Of a stretch of DNA of 64,000 nucleotides, positions 41,098 through 54,777 are shown piece by piece. Both the position numbers and the translations under genes were made by a program. Source of the DNA: Octopus sinensis. Its lineage: Eukaryota. The first letter of the stretch is position 1, and each line of letters opens with the position of its first letter. The notes under the pieces are model-generated. The model saw only the letters and a list, made by a program, of their open reading frames with translations, searched no databases and was not told the DNA's origin. The stretch is from positions 42,036,001-42,100,000 of the forward strand of contig NC_043010.1 in NCBI RefSeq assembly GCF_006345805.1, in the 5' to 3' direction.

Positions 41098-41517
41098 GGA
41101 TCTTTTCGGTTTGAACGGTAGTTTTTTCTAGCGGTGTCATATGAAATTGTCACCCATAATTATGACCCTAGAATCGATCTATTGCATTTCAATCTCTTTT
41201 AGGGTTAGGGTTAGTTAGAGTTAGGGGAAGGGTATCTTTTTTTCTTCCCAAATGTAAACAAACCCAATCTGTTTCTTAAACGAGGGATATATTCATACGA
41301 CACAGAATGTTTTTTTTACCTCAATGGACGTCACTGATTTGTTGAAATTGCAGAAATGCAAGAAATTAAAGACCAAATATCTTACAAACTATAGAATTTT
41401 CTCAATAAAGCCAAGAGAAAAAGATGTTTTATAAACACATTCTACCAGTATACGAAGTTTAAAATTTTTTAGTTACCTAGAAATTGTTAAAAACTGCCGT
41501 TCAAACCGAAAAGATCC
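41098..41517 (+). mobile_element. TTAGGG-containing MITE, copy 1
   Basis: TIR GGATCTTTTCGGTTTGAACGG.AGTTTT; internal TTAGGG repeats; 30-bp flanking direct repeat. Confidence 0.9.
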
Positions 41518-41559
41518 CAGATTTTATCATCAGATACCACACATCTCCACCACTGTCAT

Positions 41560-41850
41560 ACTAAACACCAGGCGATGTCGAAATGTTATATTTTGGAGAA
41601 TTCTACACTCAAATAGAGGACGAAGGTCACTGAACTAAAGTTTTATTCGCAGAGACACCCGGCAATATGAAATTGAGAACCTACAAAAGATAATAAAAGA
41701 GAGATTCCTAGTGTTGTGTGGTGAAAAAACATACCTGTTGAGGTAACTTTCATCATAAAGAAAATTGCAATGGAAAATACTTGGTTTTTAGAACTGAAGA
41801 AGTGAAAAAAAAAAACTCGTACTACTTGGTTGTATAGGAAATAAATGAAA
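41560..41850 (+). pseudogene. Possible decayed LINE APE endonuclease fragment
   Basis: Residual GEF/G..F and W-K-type spacing reminiscent of APE domains; many disruptions. Confidence 0.25.
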
Positions 41851-42867
41851 GCATAGATGACTATTATGATACAACAGTAATTCCAGTTTCGATTCTAGCA
41901 GGAATCTCCTACTTTATTCACTTTCATGTTCTGACAACCACTTCATAAATGTAAACATTCATTTTCCAAGTCAAAGCAGCTTTTGCACAAGCAAACACGC
42001 GTCATTTTGAATACTCCTTTCATTATATACATACTCACATAGCTATGTTTATGAATATATTGACGTATTAGCGGTTGCCAAATAGTTTTTTTTTTTTCTT
42101 TCTGATTATGTTTTGCGTGATTTTTTGAAAGCAATTTTTCACTCCTCCGACAGCACATTTGCCAGGAATAGTTTGACATGTATGTCTTTTTTTTTGCGAG
42201 GGAAATAGTAGCGATTGGAGAGTGAAAAAATGTAGCAATGTTTAATACGAGAGATATAGGTTGTTAGGTAAGTAGCTCAGTACATACTTCGTCGGATAAA
42301 TATCTTTGCTTATATTGATCCATCAGTCGGTCGATAATAGGTGAAACACATATGAATGTATGTATGTGTGTGTGTGTGTGTGTGTGTACATAAGTGTGCA
42401 TGTATGTGTACATATATATATATATGTCTATACATTAGTGTATGTAGCTATGAATATAAGTGTGATAAGGCTGTACATTCATAAGGTTGTAGGTTCGATT
42501 CCTGTTGTGCACGTTACATTTTGCCATTACGAATGCCACTTTATTTGTTCTTTCGCCTGAAATGGATGTTCCGTTGGTAAGGAGGCATCCGGTACTCATT
42601 TTACCTGAGTAATTTAAAAGCTTTTGTGTGTTAGATAGATAAAATGAATTTTTACAATGTAATTGCTTCAGTTTTATCACGCGAGTCCCCATCAAATCAG
42701 ATAATTACAACGCTGATATGTGTGAGCGCGCCCGCGTGTCCTTTCGCCATGCTTTTTATTCCGTTCTAGAATGCGTTTTCCAATTCCCATTAAAATCTTG
42801 CCCACGGGTACAGTTCCTTTTGAAACTCCTCTTGAACTCACTTCCTCGTATGTTGTGTTTCTCTCTC

Positions 42868-43297
42868 GGATCTTTTCGGTTTGAAAGGCATTTTTTTTTC
42901 TAGCGGTGTCATATGAAATTGTAACCCATAATTATGACCCTAATATCGAGCTATTGCATTTCTATCTGTTTTAAGGTTAGGGTTAGTTAGAGCTGGTTAG
43001 GGGTGGGGGAAGGTTATCTTTTTTTCTTAACAAATGTAAATAAGCCCAATCTGTTTCTTAAACGAGGGACATATTCATACGACACAGAATGATTTTTACC
43101 ACAATAGAAGTAATTGATTGGTTGAAATTGCAGAAATTGAAGAAAAAACAACAAATATCTTACAAACTATAGAATTTTTTCAATAAGGCCAAGAGAAAAA
43201 GATGTTTTATGAACACATTCTACCAGTATACGAAGTTTAAAATTTTTTAGTTACTTAGAAATTATGTTAAAAACTGCCGTTCAAACCGAAAAGATCC
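42868..43297 (+). mobile_element. TTAGGG-containing MITE, copy 2
   Basis: Same TIRs and body as 41098-41517. Confidence 0.9.
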
Positions 43298-43494
43298 TCT
43301 CTTTCTCTCTCCTAATATCTTCATTCGAGGGCCAATTTTGAAATTGACTATTTTTATCTTAGTTATACCTATATGCTTATATTCCCCGGTTTATATATGC
43401 AATTACATTTCAGTCGGAAGACTTTCACTGTTTACTGACTTATATTTCAGTTCTATTTGGCTCAGCTGAACAATTATTAAGTTTAATCGAATAC

Positions 43495-43902
43495 GGATCT
43501 TTTCGGTTTGAACGGTGTCATATGAAATTGTCACCCATAATTATGACCCTAGTATCGATCTATTGCATTTCAATCTGTTTTAGGGTTAGGGTTACTTAGG
43601 GTTAGGGTTTGGGGGGAAGGGTATCTTTTTTTTTAACAAATGTAAATAAGCCCAATCTGTTTCTTAAACGAGGGACATATTCATACGACACAGAATGTGT
43701 TTTTTTTACCACAATGGATGTCATTGATTGGTTGAAATTGCAGAAAAAAAAAACAACAAATACCTTACAAACTATAGAATTTTCTCAGTAAAGCCAAGAG
43801 AAAAATATGTTTTATAAACACATTCTACCAGTATACGAAGTTTAAAATTTTTTAGTTACCTAGAATTTATGTTAAAAACTGCCGTTCAAACCGAAAAGAT
43901 CG
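43495..43902 (+). mobile_element. TTAGGG-containing MITE, copy 3
   Basis: Same family; short deletion at a CGG microhomology after the left TIR. Confidence 0.9.
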
Positions 43903-44579
43903 TCTGATCCTTTTATTCTGTTGATAGACCTTAATATTTCTCGTACATACATTTCGTTCAGTTGAGTAACAGTTGAGTTTGTCTGTTCGCAGAGAGGTGA
44001 AATTCTAAGCAAAATTTTCTTAACCAGATTATTTATTACTAACTGAACCGGTGAATATTCCACGGAGGAGGCAACCTCTTCAACATTCTAATTATATTTG
44101 ATATTTAACAAAAATAATTCCCGCTGCTATGAAATAGATCGTACTGAAATAATTATTTGAACACAAAGCAACACGTGAAATGTAACAATACTTTCTGGTG
44201 GTTACATTATTATTGTAAGATAAACACTTGCAGTTCTTGTAGATTTTTATGGAAAATTGTTCGTGATGAAGTTTCACTGTAGCTAGATCAATTTCTGTTT
44301 AAGCATTATCCCGGTCATTTACAGCTGTTTATGATCGGAACGAATCAAATGGAAAGCAGTAATTTAATTGGTTTTATTAAATATGAATACAATAATTTAA
44401 TACTAATAAGGCGGCATGCTGGCTGAATCGTCAGCACGCCGAGCGGTACTTTCTCCGTCTTTACGTTCTGAGTTCAAATTCTGCCAAGGTTAACTTGACC
44501 TACCATCCTTTTTGGAGTCGAAATTGCTGACCTTACGCCAAAATTTGAAACCAATTATTTAAGATATATATATATATAT

Positions 44580-44730
44580 ATTCTCTCCTTTTTTTTCTGT
44601 GTCTCTTTCTGTAGAAGAGCGTAGGCTCGAAACGTAAAAGACTTTTTCTATTCCTGAGCGTTATACTAATACATCTGTTTGTTTTGTACACCACCTGTCT
44701 TCGTCTTTTTTTTTCCGTAAACTCTCCCTA
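44580..44730 (+). mobile_element. Short PLE-type pLTR fragment in (TA)n with minimal hammerhead-like motif (44601-44642)
   Basis: CUUU-CUGUAGA-A-GAGC-guag-GCUC-GAAACGUA-AAAG; TA tracts on both sides. Confidence 0.5.
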
Positions 44731-47576
44731 TATATATATACTCTTTTACTTGTTTTCGTCGGATTTTCTAAAGGCGTGATGAAGAGAATTAGAATGAAGT
44801 TTTACACAAAGTCTACTCTGGGGAGTCCTTACTCCTGGAAGGTCTTTTCTGATTCTGGTGATGGATTGTATTTATTCAACAACAGTAAGCCACCATCTTC
44901 GCATAAATCTTCTTCTACATAGTTTGTAAAGCAAGAAAAGCCGACGACGTTGTACATATGCTTGCATCAGATAGAAAGTATAATGATTAAAAAAACGCTT
45001 TGAAAACATACTCCGTGCGCGTGATAAATCAGTGTCAGAGTTCATAATTACGTACACACGCATACATGTTAGTTATGGATATACGACACCCCTTAAACGC
45101 TATCCTTACACACTGCCTACATTTTATCCTTTTATTTGGTTCAACATTTTAATTTTTTATTCTGTAACAGTTTTTCTTTCTTCACACAGAATTCCCTTAA
45201 ACCTCTTGCGACACCCGGGCCGACTGGTCAGCCCAAGAGAGACCGATGAAACGGTTTTGAAGCGTAATAGCCTATCAGGGATCGGCTTTCAATAAATATA
45301 ATATAAAACTATATAATATATATAGTTTTACATAGTAATAAATTAGTTTTAGGCACTTTATCCTTTGTTTTCTACATGCTCTCATTAATTTCAATCTCAA
45401 CAGGAAAAAAAAACGATGGCCATTTTCGCTACACATACCTAAACACCGTGTATCTCAAATGGTTTAACAGTTCAACCATTACTATATCCTCGTTTATTTA
45501 GCTCTCTTTTTTTTTTCATTTAAAACAATCTCCCTTTAGCTCATGTCACTAATTTTTGGTTTTATTCAGAACCCTAAGCCATCCTTTTGAGTGTTAATTT
45601 AAACCTACAACATACCCCACTGATTTACCATATACCGAAGAAGAGTGATAGGTTGGACCTAGCGACCTTCTTTGTCTCGATTTTCCATTTATTATAAATT
45701 TTCATTTGCTTTACTTTTGTGCTTGCCTTATATACCACTACATAACTATGAAGATTTCTGAAACCGAAGTTAGTTAATAATAATTAATTGTAATATAATT
45801 CACCTTCCCAACTTTCTTCTTTGGGGAATAGTAACTACATGCACAGTGTAGAGTCTTAGTATTCTATTACAATTTGAAATGATAAAAATCTCATAAGAAA
45901 AAGTTAATGATCTAAGAAAGTAAATAAAGTGATGGAAGTAGAATCAATGGCGAAAAAAAAAACTCCTTGTAAAAACATTGCAGTCTAAAAGAAATTTGAA
46001 AAAAATTCTATGAAAACGAAATAATGTGAAGCTATTTGCAATCATTTTTTTTTTTTGAAAAGAAGGAGGGAACATTATAACATTCAGATGATAACTTGTC
46101 TATAAAAGCATATTCTTTGATTATTGGAACGACATGATTTGTAATCAAAGGTACCTAAAAGAGATATCACTCTGCTTTTTTTATTTTCACATCAACCACG
46201 AAGATTGTTCTAACGAGTCAGTTACGTTGTATTTTGTGGTAAAGGAAACAGTATTTGGCAGCTGAAACACCGCTGTATATTCTAGGCGCAAACCATTCTA
46301 CACCAACGACGAAACCTCTGCGCTTACATGGTCGCTTAAAATAGCAGCCAAATTTTTCAAAATCATCCCTAACCGTATTAAACAAAATAAGAACGCACTA
46401 GACAATGACATCCTAGCTATTTACAAAAAAGACGATGAGGGATGGAATACTTTTGATTAAAGATCAACTCAAAAAGAAAAAGATAAATAACAAAAATAAT
46501 ATCAATTTGTAGCAACCATAATATCAATTTTGTGTGACCTGAGGTCGTCGAGGAGGCAAGCCTGCTTCCTCTTCGAACCTAGCCCACGGACATTTAAACA
46601 CGCAATGCATAGCGTAGCCATGTCAAACACGAAAAAGAAGGAAATTCGAGCTTACCTGCTCGTTCATCTTTCGAGAGGAATTATTCTCAGTATTTCTGAG
46701 ACAAGTTCCCTCCCTCCCTCCTTTCTTTCGTACAAAAATGGTTCAACCTAAAATCGTTCACAGACACACTTTAACCTTCGGTCCACAAACATATTGACTT
46801 TTCTCCGTTTTCTACCGCTAATACACTGGGGCTCCTCGCTAGATTCATGACATCGTCACTCTGACACATTCCCCTGCCCACTCGTGAATCTCTTCTTTGC
46901 ATCACCTTTGTTGTATATTCCTTCCACTTTGCTCGATCCTTCTTTCCCGAACATCGACTTTCAAGAATTCCCTTCTTGCTCATATTTTTACCGCAGGTGT
47001 TGACCTACAAATGTTCAAGAGAAGCAATAATGATATTAATCTCATCCGCCACAAAGCACCTGCAAAGCGTATTTTATCAAAGCCAGAAAAGAATATGAAA
47101 CGAGACAGAAGAACACATTAATGAGAACTGGTGAACAATGAACATTAAGTTTTCAGTTTTACTTCGGTTCGTTACATTTTGTTCTAACTTAACAACGTGC
47201 TAATAGGGATTTCTACCATAGCCTCAAAGTTAAACATATTTTGAAGGGAGGCAGTCGAGTAAATCTATCCAAGTACTGAACTGATACTTTATCGACTCCG
47301 TCAAGTTCGAACTGAGAAAGTAAAGGAACGAGCTTATACCGCAAGGCAATCATCTGGTTCGTTGATCGACAGATGCTGTGAACTCACTGCTTTTCAATAT
47401 ATTAAATAATATTCTCTAAGTTTGAGAGAGAAACAGTTTGCGGAGCAGCTACAATCGATTATATCGAATCCAGTTCTCGACAATGGAAGTATGAAAGGAA
47501 AAGCTGACTTCAGTGGTATTCGAACTCGGGCTATAAAAAAGACACAACTGAATATTACAAGTTAATTTATTAATAA

Positions 47577-49321
47577 CGCTGTATAACAATGGGGAAAAAA
47601 AAACGGAAATGCGAATAACCTTTTCTGGGAGTATTTATGTATATAACATCCGTTTCTTTCTGTGACCCTCCAGTTTGTCGTAACTTACCATCTTTCTTAC
47701 ATTAATACACTGATGGTTCCGTAGGAATAGAGTGCAAACGGGATTGGGCCGAAACTGTTGGCTCTAAAATTTATGAACAGACATCGATATAATTTTAATG
47801 GGGTGTTTCTAAGGTACTTGTTAACCTAACCTATGAAAACTATAAAAGTACACTCAATATTTTTATTGCTATATGGGTCCAAATCCGTAGTGTATCTGAC
47901 AAGAAACCACACCTCATTACCCAACCTGAACTCAATGATCTAGTTCGTGATTTAACACTTACTAAGCAACAGTGTGAAGTACTGGCTTCATGCCTGCAAC
48001 ACTGGAACCTGTTGGATAAAGATGCTCGAATTATAGTACTTAGGAAGCGCTCTGCTGATCTATAGCAATTCTTCACTTTGGAAAACAACTCGACTTATTG
48101 TAATGATATCAAAGACTTATTCAATGCCCTTGAACTGACCTATGAACCAAATGAGTGGAGGTTATTCTTAGATGCATCCCTTTACAGCATAAAAGCGAAT
48201 CTTTTGCACATTGGGAACCCATGCCTTCAGTTCAAGTTGCTCACTCAGTCATTTTAAGAGAGGCATATGAGAACCACGCTTTTATTCCAGACCGCATACG
48301 TTACAAGAAGCATGACTGGCTAATTCGTGCGGACTTGAAAGAAGTAGCCCTACTTAATGGGCTACAAACTGAATACACCAAGTTTATATGCTTCCTTTTA
48401 CAAGTGGGACAGTTGGGCCAGACCAGAACATTATGTACGTTCAGAATAGCCACCTCGGGAAACTACGACATCTGGATGCCATAATGTAAGTCATGAGTCA
48501 CTAGTTAAGGAGAAAATCATTTTGTCACGACTGCATATAAAACTAGGCCTAATGAAACAATTTACCAAAGCACTGCAACATAACAAGCCATGTTTCCTGT
48601 ACCTCAAGGAAATCTTCCCTAAAATAAGTGATGCCAAGATTAAAGAGGGCATATTCGTAGGCCCTCAGATTCGTCAACTTATAGCTGATGAGAACTTCGA
48701 AGCGACAATGGATGGAACTAAGCTAGCAGCCTGGCATGCATTCAAAGATTTATGCAAAGGACTTCTGGGAAAGTACCAAGTGGCCCAGCGAGGGAGTATA
48801 GTGGAGAGCCAAATAAAGTGCTACCAAGATCTCGGATGCACTGAAGATACACTTTCTTCATTCCCATCTGTTCCTCTTCTCAGAGAATGCAGATGTGAGT
48901 GATGAACATGGAGAGAGGTTCCATCAAGATATAGCGCCAATGGAAAACAGGTATAAGTGAAAATGGAGCCCAGCTATTCTGGCTGACTTCTCCTGGAACC
49001 TGAAGCGTGACACACTTTAGACGTCTTATAAACGAAGTAAATACTAAAATGTAGGTTAATACATTATACCATGCTAAAAAACATACTGATTCATTATATA
49101 TTTATGAATTAATTACAATTGACATATTTAATTTAACTTTGAGAGCAAAATACATTTATAATATCGTGGAAATCGGTGTAAATTGCCGGTAATTTACAAG
49201 AAAAAATGTGACAGGATAGGAAATTTTTGTTATAAAATTAGAATTTAACACAATCAATTTCATAATAAGATGTACATAGGAACTATGATTTTTTCTTGAC
49301 CCTGAAATTTGTTGTACAGTG
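47577..49321 (+). mobile_element. Chapaev3 (CMC superfamily) DNA transposon with decayed transposase
   Basis: TIR CGCTGTATAACAA / TTGTTGTACAGTG with TAA TSD; motifs ELNDLVRDL, EWRLFLDAS, LHIKLGLMKQF, KIKEGIFVGPQIR, SDEHGERFHQDI across frameshifts. Confidence 0.88.
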
Positions 49322-50170
49322 TAATTCTTCCTCCCTTTCACTCGAACTACAAGAAAATGGCAGTAAAAAGTCTCTGAAGGTTTATATTAGCATCTGTTAG
49401 AATTAGAGAACGCATTAAGTAGCGAGGTTCTAAGTAAATTATGTTTGAAAAGAAAATACAAAGTGATGAGATAATCTCAGCTAAAATCCATTTGATCAAG
49501 GGGTCTGAAACAACAACAATGACAACACCAATCAAAACAAGTGCGGCATTGTTTACAGTGTTAGTCTAATTGAATGAACCAAGTCCAATACATCATTACA
49601 AAGAAACAGGTATAATCGATGTGTTGGTCAGGTCTGAAAGAAAAGTTAATAAAATTATAGTGATTTCTTTTAATATTAAAGATAAAGGCGAATGACACGT
49701 ACATCATGCTGGTTCGATTTTTCTTTCTGTGGCAAATAAGTCTCGAAGTCAATGCTGGTTGTTGCCGAGTTATTCGATGTTGATTAATAAATCTCTGTAA
49801 CACGTCAATATTCTTTTAACTTAAATTATGTCCCATATCTCCACATACTCGTTTTGCCCATTATACTCGATCTGATAAATAGCTATTAGAAATCATTTTT
49901 GAAAATACAAGTCGAAATAGAGAACATAAACAGAGAACTTGGATATTACTGTTGTACAGTAATGTCATTAAAACAGGTTAAAGAATTGGAAAACTTCGAT
50001 TAGCTGAGATACATGCAATTAGTTGACATATACATAGCAGGGCAAGTTTAGTTGTAACCTCTGTAGATTGAAAGAAAAATGATAAACAGCCTTAACTGAT
50101 TTTCAGATTTTATTGGGTTCTCATCAGAGGTATCATCAACTGACCAACCCCAGAGAAGTAAACAGCCAGT

Positions 50171-50524
50171 GATGGAAGCACTCCGTCGGTTACGACGATG
50201 AGGGTTCCGATTGATCCGATCAACGGAACAGCCTACTCGTGAAATTAACGTGTAAGTGGCTGAGCACTCCACAGACACGTGTCCCCTTAACGTAGTTCTC
50301 GGGGATATTCAGCGTGACACAGAGAGTGATAAGGCCGGCCCTTTGAAATACAGGTACAACAGAAACAGAAAGTAAGAGTGAGAGAAAGTTGTGGTGAAAG
50401 AGTACAGCAGGGATCACCACTATCCCTGCCGGAGACTCGTGGAGCTTTAGGTGTTTTCGCTCAATAAACACTCACTACGACCGCGAGTCCGCTGCCCTAA
50501 CCACTGGGCCATTGCGCCTCCACC
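50171..50524 (-). mobile_element. SINE family B, tail variant 2
   Basis: Same head as 9351-9661; 11-bp TSD AAACAGCCAGT (50160-50170, 50525-50535). Confidence 0.8.
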
Positions 50525-51799
50525 AAACAGCCAGTATATTTAGATACTCAACAAATTTAGCAGCTACAGAAAACTGGAACTACTTACATGCACACCGTTA
50601 TTTACTATCTCAGTCCACACAGTGACAAGGCATGAGATGATAAATGTAACCGGTAGATATATAAACAGGGCAAATTTAACTATTTCTCTGTAGACTGAAA
50701 AATATGATGACGAGTTTAAATCGATTTGTGAACGTTATTGTGTTCTCAGCATTTAACGTCTAGAAACACCAGACAAAGAAAATAACTCCAATACGATCAA
50801 TAGTTTGGAAAATAAAGAAACTACAATATGGGAGAAGGTCTAGTTAGCGTTAACAATGAACATATTTCAGTCGCATTAGACATCCTCAGCGAAACATGTT
50901 CAACTCAATTGGTAACAGAGAATAATTTAACTATGTTTGGAAAGATGCTTTCACGTATTACACATTCTGTTTAACATGAATGAAGACTATATTTCGAATT
51001 TCCTGCTCCTGAATTTAATATGGTTGTCAATATAATAGTAACTGGTTGATTCTTCTTATAACTTAGGAAATAATTTGCATAGCTTAGGTTTTAGAGTTAC
51101 TTAAATATCATTGTATAGTCTTATTTCATTACCCAGGTCGAGACTTAAAATTTGTAAGAATTTAATATAATGTGTATTTTTCACAAAACAACCGATGATA
51201 TACAAAACTGAATTTAACTTGTATTATAAATGAGATATACTCAAGTACATCGAGCTTATGTTTCAGCATAACAAAGCTGCTTTTTCGTTATTTTTCACCC
51301 TTTTCACTTTCTGCGTGTTATATTTTATTGCTGGTGTCATTGAAGGCGCTCAAGTTTATTTTGACTTTTCCTCGACGTTGACACGATGCCACATATCTCC
51401 TTTCACTGCCATCAGATCATTCAAACTACGCCTCCTCAGTGATGTGATTATTTTGGTCTTATATTTTCCAGTCCGGTCACGTGACCTATCTCGTTATGCT
51501 ACAATTTATGGATCTTTTTTGTTGCTGACATAGTTTTATATTCTTTTAATTTTGTTCAAGTTGTTTTCAAATATGGTGTGCTGATGTAGTTTTATACACT
51601 AATTATGGAAATGAAGTTCATTTTTGCCATAAATTAATTAATAAAAAGTTACTTGCGTTTCAAGTTTTCAAATTTTGGGTAATTTATACCAATCGAAAGC
51701 CACAAACACATAGATACCTGTTTCCACAGTAACAGCTGTTGTCTGCTGAAAACCTCTACAACCGCTTGTATATTCTTTACCTGTCAATTTTCTTTGACG

Positions 51800-52350
51800 T
51801 TTGGACTACCTCATTTTTGTCATTGAAGAACCGGGAATGAATCAACTGCACAGCAGTGGATTACGACAGCTATGTTCTTGAAATATGTGCGGAGAACCTG
51901 CTCTGCAACCCAGTTCACATAGGCGGTCCTGGGAAAATTATTGAGTTAGACGAAACAGTCTTCTCAAGACCGTGGATGGATGCTTTCTACCTGAACAGTG
52001 AGTTTTCTATGGATTGTGTTGCGAAATCAGGAATGTTTCTCTTTATGCGGTGCAACGTCGAAATCACGAGACACTAGAGAATGTATACGTCAGTCCAGGA
52101 ACCGCAACTTTCCATGATTAGTGGATGTCCTACTTGATGGTTGTAATTTACGACATAGGACAGTGAACCACGTTAAGTTTAACTAGAAAGATAGCACCCA
52201 CATGTAACAATTGAAAAAAGCACATGGGCCTTTGTAAAACGAGGGGATACATGATGTTGTGGGGCCCACCGTTTTATGGCGAGTTTATGTAACGCAGGAG
52301 ATACGAAAATTGTAATTTCTTTAAGAAACTCATCGGGTGTATATTAAAAT
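51800..52350 (+). pseudogene. Merlin (IS1016/IS1595-like) transposase relic
   Basis: IGGPGKIIELDETVF, then RPGT..D.W.SY and TVNH motifs in broken frames. Confidence 0.7.
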
Positions 52351-52994
52351 CCGTTTTTGAATTCTCGCAACAAAAAGAAAGTATTAATTGTTATCGTCGT
52401 AACGTTTTGATTTTATTTTCATTAATAAAAATTCGTCGTTATGTTCTACATGATAGATAGCTATCACGCGGAAAATGCCAACTTCCAACTCCTGTTTTCT
52501 GATTGAGTAAAAATGATCAAAATTTACTGTTCTACACATATTCCCAAAGTTTTTTTGAAACAAGTGAAAAATAAAATGAGATTCTGTGTAAAGAATTACA
52601 TCAATATAACAAATTTGAAAATTTTCACTTAATTTGAAAGCATCAAAACCAGTGACAGCAGCAGAAAAAATCCCAACTTATAGCGTTAAAAAACTGGTAA
52701 CTTTAAAAATCCGTGTCAATTTTCTATTTAAGTCCATTTCACCCAAGCTACAATTGGCCATAAACTCTCTTCTCGCGATACATCTTCCTATGTATGCATA
52801 CACTACCTCAATATATTCTCGTCTCATTCTGGTGATGATAGTCTGTTTGAAGAAAGCAGTTTTCTGCATTTGGTGCGTGTGTGTGTGTGTGTGCGTGTGT
52901 CTGTTTATCTGTGTGTTTGACTGTGTGTGTGTGTGTGTGTGTGTATACTTATAAGCATGTATGTACATCATGTACATAATATCTTATCTTTTTC

Positions 52995-53262
52995 TCGTTT
53001 CAGTCATTAAACTCCGGCCACGCTGGGGCACCGACTTGAAGGGTTTTATTGGTACAAATTACCCCCAGTACTTTTTTAAAGTCTGGTACTGAGGTACTAA
53101 TTGTATCAATCTCTTTGTCCGAACAGCTGAACAAATCGGTTGTAAAACGGATGATGGGGGACAAACATGGTTGACACGAGAATAGGATAAAAAAAAATCC
53201 TGCCCATGATGGCGCGCTATGGGACTGAACCCAAAACCATAGGTTGCAAAGCGAGCTTATGA
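52995..53262 (-). mobile_element. SINE family C, degenerate
   Basis: GTTTCAGTCAT..GGCCACGCTGGGGCACC and GGGACTGAACCC match family C. Confidence 0.6.
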
Positions 53263-53939
53263 ATACACGCACATACACACACACACGTTTTGGTAGCATC
53301 ATAATCTGTGTTCGTTTCATAAGGTAAGTTGGAAATCTTTGGACCTGGCCGGGACCATTCTTTATATGTTAGACAATAGCAAATTGCTACTAAAAGACAA
53401 TCAGACAGACAGCATGAGAAGAATCGACTCTTCTACAAGATTGGTACTGTGTTCATCAACCCTAAAATGTAAGACGGCCTGTTTTATAAGACAGCTTTGC
53501 AGCAAGGTTTAGTAATGCGGAGCGGATTCCTAGGTGTCTTCAACTATTGCCTCGTACCAACTAATGCCTTGTGAAAACTGTGAGAAAACATGGTGTGTAT
53601 ATAAAAACACTAGCATGTGCCGTTTATCTTTGCAGTTGAATAAAATTTGGCTAATAACCTTGATGTATGCTATCTATGCAACCTCATCCACAGTTATTGG
53701 CTACAGAATGACATCATATAGTGGGAACATATTTATTACTGGAAATACATCAGGAATTGCACAGTACCCGTAGAGTTTATATAATAAGATGACTAAGAGA
53801 AAATGGACTGAATGACATTCTTTATTTCAAATCACATTTGTTTCCACACATCGTCACACTCGTAGTACTTACGGTTAGTTCTTATTCGTAAGATGTATTC
53901 AAAATAATCACCTGAAGAAACACATCTTAAACATTTGAT

Positions 53940-54364
53940 CGATCTTTTCGGTTTGAACGACAGTTTTTAACATAATTTCTAGGTAACTAAAAAATTTTAA
54001 ACTTCGTATACTGGTAGAATGTGTTTATAAAACATCTTTTTCTCTTGGCTTTATTGAGAAAATTCTATAGTTTGTAAGATATTTGTTGTTTTTTTTCTTC
54101 AATTTCTGCAATTTCAACCAATCAGTGACGTCTATTGAGTTAAAAAGCATTCTGTGCCGTATGAATATGTCCCTCGTTTAAGAAACAGATTGGGTTTATT
54201 TACATTTGTGAAGAAAAAAGATACCCTTCCCCCACCCCTAACCCTAACTAACCCTAACCCTAAAAGAGATTGAAATGCAATAGATCGATTCTAGGGTCAT
54301 AATTATGGGTGACAATTTTATATGACACCGCTAGAAAAAACTGCCGTTCAAACCGAAAAGATCC
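53940..54364 (-). mobile_element. TTAGGG-containing MITE, copy 4 (inverted)
   Basis: Same TIRs; internal CCCTAA; flanks CATTTGAT / CATTTGGT. Confidence 0.9.
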
Positions 54365-54554
54365 CATTTGGTGGATGATAGTGTTTACACAAATTGCTAA
54401 TTATATTGTCCCACCAATATATTATGGGTGTAAAGATGAGTGGAAACAATTGTAATGGTTTTTAAATAAAGAATGTCGTTTAGTTTCTTTTATTCATTTC
54501 TCCAGATGAGTATGTATATATGTGTGTCTGTATGTATGTACGTATGTATGTATA

Positions 54555-54777
54555 TAGTAATCCCTCGACTATCGCGGGTGTTACTTTCCAAAAACCCGTG
54601 AGATAGGTGAAAATCCGCGAAGTAGAAAAAGTAGTGTACTGTATATTTTGTTTTTAATATTTTATAATTTTTATATCTTTATTTTATTATAAATGTAAAA
54701 CAACACCACGGAGGAATCGACGTAAGCTTAAATAATAAACCGCGATGGGTGAACCGCGATATGGCGAGGGATTACTG
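54555..54777. mobile_element. pogo/Tigger-type MITE
   Basis: TA-TAGTAATCCCTCG ... CGAGGGATTACTG-TA. Confidence 0.75.

Noticed and set aside
41198-41227. TTAGGG repeats as an interstitial telomere or fusion scar
   Set aside because: Short, and an internal part of a four-copy MITE
53290-53330. Perfect AAG|GTAAGT donor
   Set aside because: No pyrimidine tract or credible acceptor upstream; expected by chance
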